From the human T2T-CHM13v2.0 reference genome, Homo sapiens: a stretch of DNA of 64,000 bases. Below are positions 42,008 through 53,302 of the stretch, piece after piece; position 1 is the first letter of the stretch, and every line of letters starts with the position of its first letter. The stretch lies in the NCBI RefSeq assembly GCF_009914755.1, contig NC_060928.1. One strand, given 5' to 3'. The position numbers and the translations under genes are program-made. The notes beneath the pieces are model-generated. The model saw nothing but the letters and a program-made list of their open reading frames with translations, was not told where the DNA came from and did not search any database.

Positions 42008-45000
42008 TAATATACTGCAGATATTGTAGGTTTGTTTCCAGACCACTACAATAAAGCAAATATCGTGATGAAGTGAGTCACATGATTTTTTTTTATTTTA
42101 TTTCCCAGTGCAAATAAAAGTTCTGTTTACACTCTTCTGCATATGGATATCCAGTTTTCTCAGCACCATTTATTGAAGAGGATACTCTTTCCTAATGTTC
42201 TTGGCACTTTTGTCAAAAATCGGTTGGCTATAAACATATGAATTTATTTCTGGGTTCTCTATTCTGTTCTATTGGTCTGTCTATGTGTCTGTTTTCATAC
42301 CAGTACCATGTTGCTTTGGTTACTATAGCCCTGTAATGTATTCTGAACTCAGGTATTGTGATGCTTCCAGATGTGTTATTTTTGCTCAGCATTGCTTTGG
42401 CTATTCAGGCTCTTTTTTGGTTCCATACAAATTTTAGGATTGTTTTTCCTATGACTGTGAAAAATGACATTGGTGTTTTGATAGGGATTCCACTGAATCT
42501 GCAGATTGCTTTGGGTAGTATGATAAATTTTAACGATATTAATTATTCCAATACCTGAGCATGGGATATCTTTCCATTTGTTTGTGTCCTCTTCAATTTC
42601 AGTAGCTATTGTAAATGGGATTCTCTTCTTGATTTATTTCTGAGCTAGTTCATTATTGGTATATAGAAATGCTAACAATTTATGTATATTGATTTTGTAT
42701 TCTATAGCTTTCCTGATTTTATTGATCCAATCTAAGAGTTTTTTGGTAAAGTCTTTAGGTTTTTATAGATATAAGATTACATCATCTGGAAAGACTAAAA
42801 TTGGACTCATAGCTCTCACCATATACAAAAATTAACTCAAGATGGAATAGACTTAAATATAACACCAAAAACTACAAAACTGCTAGAAAGGAAACATAGG
42901 GGAAACACTTCAGGACATTGGTCTAGGCAAAGATTTTTATAGCTAAGACCTCAAAAGCACAGACAACAAAAACAAAATTAGACAAATGGAACCATATCAA
43001 ATTCAAAACCTTCTGCACAACTGAGGAAACAATAAACAGAGTGAAGAGACAACCTGTTGAATAGGATAAAATATTTGCAAACTATTCATCCAACAAGGGA
43101 CTAATGTTTAGAATATACAAGGGATTCAAATAACCCAGCAACAAAAAAAGGACAAATAATACCATTAAAAAGTGGGCAAAGGATCTGCATAGACATTTTT
43201 CAAAAGAAGACATACAGATAGCCCCAACAGGTATATGAAAAAATGTTCAACATCACTAATCATCAGGAAAATGCAAATCAAAACTATAATGACTTATCAT
43301 CTCACCTCACAATGGCTATTTTTAAAAAGACAAAAAATAACAGGTGCTGGCAAGGATGTGGAAAAAAGGGAACTCATACACTATTGGTGGTAATATAAAG
43401 TGGTACGGCCATGAAGGAAAACAGTATGGATTCTCAAAAAACTAAAAATAGAGCTATTAAAAAATCTAGCCATCCCACTGTTAGGTATTTATCCAAAGGA
43501 AAGGAAATCAGTTTATCAAATGGATTCTTGCACCCCCATGGGTATTGTAGCACTATTCACAGTACCAAAGATATGGAATCAACCTAAGTGTCTATCAATG
43601 GATGAATGGACTAAAAAATGTGGCATGTATACACAGTGCAATACTATGCAGTCATAAGAAAGAAAGAAATCATATAATTTGAAGCAACATGGATGGAACT
43701 GGAGGTCATAATGTTAGGTTAAATAAGCCAGGCATGGAAACACAAATATTGCATGTTCTCACTCATATGTGGGAGCTAAAAAATAGTGAATCTCATGAAG
43801 ATAGAGAATAGAATGATATATATCAGAGACTAGGAAGGGTGTGTGGGAGGGGTTGGGGATGAAAAGAGGTTGGTTAATGATACAAATATACAGTTAGGTA
43901 AAAGGAATAATTTCTAATGTTTCACAGCAGAGTAGGGTGACTATGGCTAAAAACAATGCGTTGTATATTTCAAAATAGCTAGAGGAGAGAACTTAAAATT
44001 TTCCCAACACATAGGAATGATAAATACTTGCGGTGATGGATACCCCAAATATGCTGACTTAATTATTACACATTCTATGCATGTAATGAAATATCACATG
44101 TACCCCATAAATATGTACAAATACTATGTGCCAATAAAAATAAATTCTTAAAAGTTATGTTTACAGTATACCATAGTATATTAAATATGCAATAGACGCA
44201 ATAGCATTGTATCTAAGAAAAAGGTACATAATTTAATTTAAAAATACTTTATTGCTAAAAGATGCTAATGATCAACTGAAACTTCAGTGAGTTGCAATCT
44301 TTTAGCTGGTGGAGGGTCTTGCCTGGATGTTGATGGCTGCTGGCAATTTCTTAAAATAAGGTAACAGTGAAGTTTACCACATCAATTGACCTTTTCTTTC
44401 ATGAAAGATGTATCTATAGCAATGCTGTTAGACAGCATTTTACCCACAATAGAACCTCTTTCAAAATGGGAGTCAATCCTCTCAAATCCTGACACTGCTT
44501 TATCAACTAAGTTGATGTAATATTCAAAATCTTTTGCTGTCATTTCAACAATGTTCACAACATCTTCACAAGGAAAGAAACCAATTTCTTTGCACATTCT
44601 TAAAAAGTAACTCCTCATCCATTCAAGTTTTATCATGAGTTTCTTGCATTTCAATCACATCTTCAAGCTCCACTTCTAATTCTAGTTCTCTTGCAATTTC
44701 CACCCCATCTGTAGTGACTTCCTCCACTGAAGTCTTGAACCCCTCAAAATCATCCATGAGCATTGGAATTAACTTCATCCAAACTCCTGTTAATGTTGAT
44801 ATTTTGACCTCCCCCCATAAATCATGAATGTTCTTGATGGCATCCAGAAGATTTTCAATTTACTTTGCCCAGATCCATTAGAGGAATCATTATTTATGGC
44901 AGCTTTAGCCTTACGAAATATGTGTCTTAAAAAATAAGATGTGAAAGTCAAAATTACTTCTTGATCCATTGGCTGTAGAATGGGTATTGTGTTAGCAGAC

Positions 45001-46357
45001 ATGAAGACAACATCAGTCTCTCTGTGCATCTCAATCGGCGCTCTTGGATGACCAGGTACATTGTCAATGAGCAGTAATATTTTGGAAGAAATCTTTTTTT
45101 CTGAGCAGTAACTCCCAACAGTGGGCTAAAATATTCAGTAAGTCATACTATGAACAGGGGTGCTCTCATCAAAGCTTTGTTGTTCTATTGACAGAGCACA
45201 GGCAGAGTAGATATAGCATAATTTGTAAGGGCCCTAAAATTTTCAGAATGGTAAATGAGCACTGGCTTCAACTTCAAGTCACCCGCATTAACCCTTAACA
45301 AGTGAGTCAGTCTGTCCTTTGAAGCTTTGAAGCCAGGCATTGACTTCTCTTCTGTAGCTATGAAAGTCTTAGGTGGCATCTTCTTCCAATAGAAGGCTGT
45401 TTTTGTCTGAATTGAAAATTTATTGTTTAGTGTATCCATCTTCATCAATTATCTTAGCTAGATCTTCTGGACAACTTGCTGCCGCTTCTCCATCAGCACT
45501 TGCTGCTTCGCCTGGTACTTTCATGTTATGGAGACAGCTTCTTTCTTTAAACATCATGAACCAATCTTTTCTAGCTTCAAACTTTTCTTCTGCAGCTTCC
45601 CCACCTCTCTCAGCCTTCATAGAATTGAAGAGTTTAGGGCTTTGCTCTGGATTAGGTTTTGGCTTAAGGGAATGGTGTAGTTGGTTGGTCTTCTATACAG
45701 ACCACTAAACTTTCTCCATATCAGCAAAAGGGCTGTTTTGCTTTTTTATCATTCATGTGTTCACTGGCGTGGCACTTTTAATTTCCTTCAAGAACTTTTC
45801 TTTTGCCTTCCCAACTTGGCTAACTGGCTTTCAACCTATCTTGGCTTTCAACCTGTCTTCCTCATTAAGCTTGATCATCTCTAGCTTTTGATTTTAAGTG
45901 AGAGATGTGCAACTCTTCCTTTCATTTGAACGTTGATAGGCCATTTTACAGTTATGAGTTGGCCTAATTTCAATATTTCTGTGTCTCAGGGAATAGGGAA
46001 GCCCTAGGAAAGGGCAAGAGACAGGCAATGACAGGTGCATGGAGCAGTCAGAACACACACACATATTTATCAAGTAATTTCGCTGTCCTAAATCGGTGCG
46101 GTTTGTGGTGACCCAAAACAATTAAAATAGAAACATCAAAGATCACTGAGATCACAGATCACCATGACAGATATAACAATAATGAAAAAATTTTTGAAAT
46201 ATTGTGAGAATTACCAAAATGTGACACAAAGATGTGAAGCGTGCACATGCTGTTGGAAAAATGGTATGGATAGACTTTCTCAGTGCTGGATTGCCACGAA
46301 CCTTCAATTTGTAAAAAATGCAGTATCTGCAAAGTGCAGTAAAGTGAGGTATGCCTG
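42008..46357 (-). mobile_element. Tigger1 DNA transposon, near full length, with transposase remnants
   Basis: Right end gaggtatgcctg followed by TA; left end agatattgtaggtttgtttccagaccac. ORF fragments include [33 protein letters not shown]. Confidence 0.93.
42133..44148 (+). mobile_element. L1MA3-like insertion with 5' inversion (42133-42792 inverted)
   Basis: Antisense ORF2 segment followed by sense ORF2 end and 3' UTR; TSD taaaagttctgtttaca (42115) / taaaagttatgtttaca (44149). Confidence 0.9.
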
Positions 46358-46919
46358 TATATGGATAGAGAGCCAGTTTCAAAGCTGCTTTCACTTTAGG
46401 GAGATTTCTTACTGGTTATTTGCAGTATTTTAATAATATTTGCATAAATATTAAATAAATATTAATATCACACACATTAACATTAAGAAAAATTTAAGGA
46501 GACCCTACCTTTCACCAGAGAAAATACGTTACAGTTATTTTTGCAGACCACATTTGGCAAAGACTGGAGGAAAAACAAAACAAAGCAAAACCCCAAAACA
46601 ACTAATAGTTGTACAGTTTGGAAAGAAAAATTAATTAGCTAACAGAGTTAATTGCAGTTTAAAACACCCCTGTCATAAGTGTATAATAAAAATTCTAAAG
46701 AGACATATCTGGTAGCTAAATCAAGTTACATGGTTTGTTATTTTTATTTTAAAGGAGCTAAACTGTGAAGAGTTGGTGTGTATAAGAGGCCGGAAACACA
46801 AATCCTTCAAAACACATCTCAGGATTATAGTTTAGCTAAAATTACAACACATTATGCAGTAACATTCCTGCATATCTTGACTTGGGGATGTAATTCAAGG
46901 AATTGAAGCCTTTGCCCTG

Positions 46920-48085
46920 GCAGAGCATCAAGGTCATGGGATGCCAAGCACTGGTGAGGACTGGAGATCACAAGAACCATCTTCATTGCTGGTGGAGTGG
47001 GAATCAATTCATTTGGAGACACAACTTGGCAATTAAAAAAAGTGTGAAGATGCATATTTTAGCCTGCTCCAGCCGCCATAGCAGAATACCATAGGCTGGG
47101 TGTCTCAAACAACAGAAAATATTTTTTTCATAGTTAAATAGTTAATTTCTAGAGGTTGGAAGTTGAAGATCAAGGTTCCAGTGGGGTTTGGTTTCTGGTG
47201 AGGGCCTTCTTTCTGGCTTGGAAGTGGCCATTTTGTCCTTATATGGCCTTTTTTCTGAGTGTACTCAGAGAGAGAGAACATGCATGGTATCTGATGTCTT
47301 CTCTTATAAAGACACTAGTCTTTGGTAGGGTTCCACTGTTATGACCAAATCATTTTATCTTAATTACCTCCTTACAGGTTCTATCTCCAAATACAGTCAT
47401 GTTGGGGGTTAAGGATTCAATATATGACATGAAGGGGAACACATAATTTGGTCCACAGCAATCCACATACACTAAGACCCAGAAGTTCTAGAAACATTTC
47501 CTAGAGAAATTCTTGTGCACGTACACAAAGAGATGTGTAGAAAGAATATTCACTGTTGCATTATTTATAATAGCAACATGAAAAAAATTTAGATAACCAC
47601 CATTAGGAAATGGAGAAAGAAATTGTAAAATCATCAAACAATAAAGTAATACACAGTAGTTAAAAGAGCAAACAAGAACCACATATTGTGGCTCTGTCAG
47701 CATGAATAAATCTTAGAAATAAAATTTGAGTATGAAAATCAAACTACAGAAAGTATACACAGAACATGATACCATTAAAGTGAGAAAGTAACTAAGCAGT
47801 AGGTCTTAGTTTCTTATGGATATACTCATATGAATGAAACATATGTTAAAAATATGACAATATGGATGGAAAGGATGAACCTCAATTCAGGCTAGTGGCT
47901 GATTTAGAGAAGGAGGAAGGGCAGTAACAGGATAGGTGACTTTAATTTTGTCTGTAATATTTTATTCTCAAGTTAAAAGGATCTGAGGTAAATATGGCAA
48001 AGTAATAACATCTACTAAAGGGATAGTGGGTACATGGTAATTTGATATATAATTTCTGTTCCTTGTGTTTGCAGTTTTCATAATG
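46920..48085 (+). mobile_element. Old L1M(C/E) 3' fragments
   Basis: attgctggtggagtggg, cctagagaaattcttgtgca, aagaatattcactgttgcattattt. Confidence 0.6.
47053..47460 (-). mobile_element. MLT1A-like solo LTR
   Basis: aataccataggctgggtg ... aagatcaaggt ... tctggtgagggcc ... ggtccacagca. Confidence 0.82.
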
Positions 48086-48129
48086 AACACCAAATAAGCA
48101 AACAAATGTTTAAAAGGCAAAATGTCCCT

Positions 48130-48330
48130 GAGAGTTAGAGAGATCTAGGTCCCAACTGAGTTCCCATTATTCACTAGATATAGGTCCTTGGGCAAGTTAC
48201 CTAACCTCCTTAAGTTGCTCCTATTTATGTATTTTCATCTATACCTACCTCTTGGGAATATTGTGAAATTCAACAGCGCTCATGTAAAGCATGTGGCACC
48301 CAGCATACAAAACAATGCTAGTTCCCTTTC
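48130..48330 (+). mobile_element. MIR fragment
   Basis: ccttgggcaagttacctaacctc core. Confidence 0.7.
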
Positions 48331-48720
48331 TTACATCAAGTACTGTTTAGTAACATTGATTTAAACTCCATGTCTTTGTCTAAACTAAAAGAAAGCTCTG
48401 AGTGGTTGTAATGAGACAGAATAATTTTCCTGTTTCCCTTATTGTGACCTTTCTTTCTTTTTTTTTTAACCCCTACCTTGTCTCAGGTATTTAAATGTGT
48501 GTGTGCATGCACAAACACATAAGCAGTACTTCACAAGTGCTTTAGAGCAGAGGCTAAACTTTTGGAGGTTGGGAAAATGGTCTCTTTAATGTCATGTAAG
48601 TGTGAAGCATCTTTTCACTTACAGGCTTAAAAGAACTATATTGTAGCAAAACTAGAAATCAGTTAAAGTTTTTGTGTTGAGACAGTACTTGCTGATTGAA
48701 TTCTCATGGTGTATGTGTTC

Positions 48721-48858
48721 TTTTTCTTTTTCTTTCTTTCTTTTTTTGAGCTGGAGTCTTGCTATGTTGCCCAGGCTGATCTCAAACTCCTGAACTCAGT
48801 CAATGCTGCTTCAGCTTCCTGAGTAGCTTATTACAGGTATGTACTACAGCACCTGGCT
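48721..48858 (-). mobile_element. FLAM/Alu monomer
   Basis: ggagtcttgctatgttgcccaggctgatctcaaactcctg with a T-rich tail. Confidence 0.85.
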
Positions 48859-49148
48859 GTATTTATTTTTATGTAGTCTTTCACAACAATATAATGAGGA
48901 CAGTTTTGTGTGGTCAGTTTTAAATTATCCTTGCTGTGGAGACATCAGAAAGCTCAGGAAAATCCAGAAACTTCATCTGAATCAATTGTTCTCATTTTTT
49001 TAAACTGCCACTTGAACTATTAGCAGAAAAGATCATCAATTCAAGTATCTACCCCTTTTTGTTCTTTTTTTCATGCTAGAGAATTTGTTAAAGAAAGGTT
49101 CAAAAGTCACAACATTAGCAGCAATAAAGGTAAAAAATAAAAATAAAA

Positions 49149-49490
49149 GGCTGAGCCTGATGGTTCACACTGGTAATCCCAGCAATTTGGGAGGCCAAGG
49201 AAGGCGGATCACCTGAGGTCGGGAGCTCAAGACCAGCCTGACCAACATTGGAGAAACCCCGTCTCTACTAAAAATATAAAATTAGCCAGGTATGGTAGCG
49301 CATGCCTGTAATCCCAGCTACTCAGGAGGCTGAGGCAGGGGAATCTGCCTCTAGGGAGGCAGAGGTTGCGGTGAGTCAAAATTGCTCCATTGCACTCCAG
49401 CCTGGGCAACAAGAGAGAAACTCTGTCTCAAAAAGTAAATAAATAAATAAATAAAATAATAATGATAAAATAAAAATAAAAAATAAAAAA
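49149..49490 (+). mobile_element. AluSp-like element
   Basis: gaggtcgggag, cctgaccaacattggagaaacccc, ggcaacaagag; (AAAT)n tail. Confidence 0.92.
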
Positions 49491-49652
49491 GTCTCTGCTA
49501 CTTTGGGGACAAAATGCTAACTGAAAATCAAGCTGATCAAATTGGTTGCTTTCAATTTTATGCTGTCTCTAGACTGAAGCTCAGAGCTTCTTATAACTAA
49601 GGAGGAGAGGAGAAAGATATGTAGAGAGCAGGCAGAAAAGAGTCTAAATAAC

Positions 49653-49737
49653 CAAGGACTGCTATGCAGGTTGTGCACTGCACAACTCCAGAAAGCACGA
49701 TTTACATGGACAACTATGTATGCATGCAATGGCCCTG
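49653..49737. mobile_element. MER91-like hAT MITE fragment
   Basis: tgcaggttgtgcactgcacaac core and ggccctg end. Confidence 0.55.
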
Positions 49738-50913
49738 AAAGGAGGTATCAAAGTAAAGAACAGAAAAGGCCGTAGTTGCACAGAAGAGTTCCTAGTCTCT
49801 GAAATTTCCCACAATCTAACTTTATGAGTGAAGCCCATTCTCATTTAACTACACAAGTAAGTGATGGATTTTGGAGAATCAAAGTCCATAGTATAGATAA
49901 TACATAGGATTTTTCAGTGGGATACCTCTCAATAACATGGAAATAAAGGGAATGAAACTAACAAGGACCAACATGTAATAAATAAGGTTATCGATCTGCA
50001 GAAGTTCCCTAAAAGATTAAAACTGAGTAACAAATAGACATAATAAACAGTCAAATCTCATTTAAAACATAAATCAATATATATGTTGTGCAGTTTCCTG
50101 TATTTAAAAAGGTAAGAAACAGCAATGCTAATTAGGATGAACATATGTACTTAATTAAACATCCCACTTTCCATTAGTGAACACACAAGAGGAGCACAGT
50201 TTATGCAGTTTTCACAGGTTTGAGAATGAGCTTACTAACCATGTATAGGAGAAAAATAAGTACTGCACAGTTTTGAAGAGCATTCTGCATTTCATTGCTT
50301 TGGTTAAAAGTGTAAGGTGGGTAAACACCTAAAGGTCCTTCTATTTATGTGTGAAATCAAGGGTAGGTTCATGAGTTCTTTTTCGTTTTAAAGGTCTGTG
50401 ATTTTATTAGCAATGATGGGTGATATACAAGAAAGAGGAGCAGAAAGAAATCATCCCTTTCCATGGACAAGTGCTTTCTTTTATCATTGTATCTCTGTGT
50501 GAATAAATTCTATAATTATTGTAAAGCAATATACACTATTCTAAATGCTTTTCTTTGGATCTGCATAGAGTGCCTTTGATGTAAGCAAGGCTGGGCAGTT
50601 GTTTAAAAAAGTGGTTTGGAGATCAAGTTCTTGACCTAATATGGACAAGGTCTATTTCGACTCTTTCATTTGAAACTAGCAACAGCAGATTAAAAACAAC
50701 TTTATACTGCAAATTCAAAGTAGAAATGTCTTTTTGACCAACATCTAATTTCTTGCTCTTTGTGATCCAAATTTGGTAAGCTTTGGGGAGTTGAATATTA
50801 AGATTATATTTCTACCTTGTGCAGAAGAGTAATTCTAGTCCATCAAATGAAATTGTAAGCGTCCAGTGAGGCCCAAGACTTGTTTTCATGGCACATTGAT
50901 GGCTACTGGCTTG

Positions 50914-50937
50914 TGACCTATTAGTAGGTCAAGTTCA
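50914..50937. promoter_or_regulatory. Composite nuclear-receptor element (ER6 + DR0, RORE-like)
   Basis: TGACCT-attagt-AGGTCA-AGTTCA seen directly. Confidence 0.5.
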
Positions 50938-51439
50938 TTGTCAGTAACCACCATATTATCCTAACCTCTTCTGCTGACCACAAAGAAAATGAACCAGAAG
51001 ATAAGGCTCTTTCTTGGATCACTAATATTTTCCATTTGGGTACATTTATATCTTTCCTAATGTAGCAAAGTAGCATTAAGCGTAGCAATTTCAAGAGGTA
51101 AAGCAGAGGTGTTAGAGAAGCCAGATGGCTGCCAACAGAGGTCTAGCTCAATGGTAGTGTCCTGTCCCAAGTCTGTACTCAGATTTTCAGGTCTAGAATT
51201 GGTTCTGTTTGCACATCCAAATTTGACTGGGCTGAGAGATAACAGCAAATAACTAAACTTACAAAGGATTGATGTAAAAACTGGTATGCCAATTCCGTAG
51301 TTATAGTGGTAAATATTACTATGAACAGATTACTTATACCCCATATTCAGGGACTTCTTTTTTAAAGAATCTTGGTTTTTGGGAAGTTGAGTGAATTTCA
51401 CAAAGATACCTGCTCTATCAGCCGTGATGAAACAGCACT

Positions 51440-52163
51440 GTGACAGAGAAAACCCACATAGTATTTCAAACAGGGAATTTTTACTATAAAAAAGAGAAAA
51501 ATCAATCAAAAGAGAAAAATCAATCAAAAAGGAGAGAAAAACCACACAGTAATTCAAACAGGGAATGTTTAATATAAAGAATTATTAACTATAATAGAGA
51601 ATTCGGATAATAATGGATTGACTAGTAAGAAATATAAATTACTCTACAGAATACAAGGATAGCAGATATAAGATTACTCCTAGGGCTGAGATAAAAGCCC
51701 TCAGCAAGAAACAGATCTTATTGCAGAGAGTGCAGCTGTGGCTCAAGGATGGCTGACAAGCCACTGAAATGCCTCACCAGTAGAACTTGCTGGAAACCCA
51801 CCTTCTTGGGTGTCAAGGAAGCTATTCACAGGGTGGTGCCATGTTTTGGAATTTACTCCAGTGTCAAGCAGGAGGTGGTGGAGGAAGCTGCTGGCCACTG
51901 GGTGCTGGTGACTGCTACTTGCTGCAGGAACCTGGCAGTGGAGAAGCCCCACACGTAGAAGGAACCTAGAGAAGAGAACAGACCAGAATCAGAAAGATAT
52001 ACCCCTTCCTCCTCTTCTGTCTTTCTTGCACCCTCCACTGACAAACAGAGCATCATGCCAGATACCAAAGGAGAAATATTTACAGGGTCCAGCTCCATCC
52101 TCACAGAGTAGGTAATAAGGGATGGATTTGAAGTTGAGAGGCAAGAAATTGGTAACTGGCACA
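51440..52163 (-). mobile_element. ERVL LTR (LTR41/LTR52-like)
   Basis: Minus strand starts tgtgccagttaccaatttcttgcctctcaacttcaaatcc. Confidence 0.65.
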
Positions 52164-53271
52164 GTTGCTAAGTCAGCATGACATTCATTCAAAGAAAGGT
52201 AGACAGTCTTGAAAAACATATCATTCAAGCCAGGGAAAATGTAATGAATCTCCTTGTCCAAAAACAGAGCATACTTCTTTGTTTAAGGAAAACGTCTATG
52301 GGTTCTAGACCCATAACCCTTGGGTAGTTCTGGATAAACATAAATTCTTGTCCTGTTTTCCAAGTTCTGCTACAACCAACTTATTGCTGTTTGGGCAGGG
52401 TATTATACAATCAACATGATTTTAATTTTCTTAGATTTTTAAAATCACTTTCATGGCCTGTCTCCCTCACATTATAAACCTTACTGCTTTGGTGAATCTT
52501 GAAAGTTTCCTTTTGTCTTCAGCTGTGTATTACAATTTTGGGTACACCTACAGCTGCAGGTGGCTAACTCTTCGAGGCTGGAGATGACCTTCATTCAAAG
52601 TTACAAAATATCTCTCATGATAGCCTCCATCATGGCTATAGAGAGCTCTAATTCTCTCCAACATGACCTCAGAGAGACAAGATGCATTTAACTTTTTAGG
52701 CCAATAGTGTTTGATTTCATGAATTACTAAAAAACTTAGGAACAGCCTTTTTTATTACCCAGAAATAAGATTTGCAAAGGAGAATTAATAAAGTAAAAGG
52801 AATACTTATCCAGAGAGTATTTACTAGCAGTGTAACTTGAGGCATCTTTGTCCCTTGTTGCACAAATGCAAAATGTGTGTACTAAGAGCAACAATTTTGA
52901 TAGGCCATTGTGAAAATCAATTCAGTTAATAGATGTTAAAGTGCTTAAGTCAGCACCTGGTACACAGTTAGTACTCATAAGTGATACATATGATCTGACA
53001 TGAAAACCAAGAAATTTCTTAGATTTCTGGCAGAAATTTATCCAACTTGAGAGAAAAAGATCAGCAAGAATGAAGAATTTTAATACATTTTTGAAATAAG
53101 AAAAGGTATTGTACCCTTTGGTAGTAGAAAAAAATCTGCTTCCATTGACTATAGTCAGATATACTCTATTTATTAAGCATAATGGGAACTTGTGAGAATG
53201 TAGAAGATCTGTCCATTTAGGGCCCAAAAAACTTCAGGAAACAGTCTCCAATGGGTTTATGATGGATTGGG

Positions 53272-53302
53272 ATGCAAATTCAGTGTCACTAGATGGCGCT
53301 GT
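53272..53302 (+). promoter_or_regulatory. CTCF core motif with upstream ATGCAAAT
   Basis: gTCACTAGATGGCGCTg versus consensus CCASYAGRKGGCRS (one mismatch), CpG retained, in unique DNA. Confidence 0.7.

Noticed and set aside
44382-45620. Domesticated Tigger transposase gene (TIGD-like)
   Set aside because: Split into short ORFs in different frames with deletions; an ordinary Tigger1 fossil.
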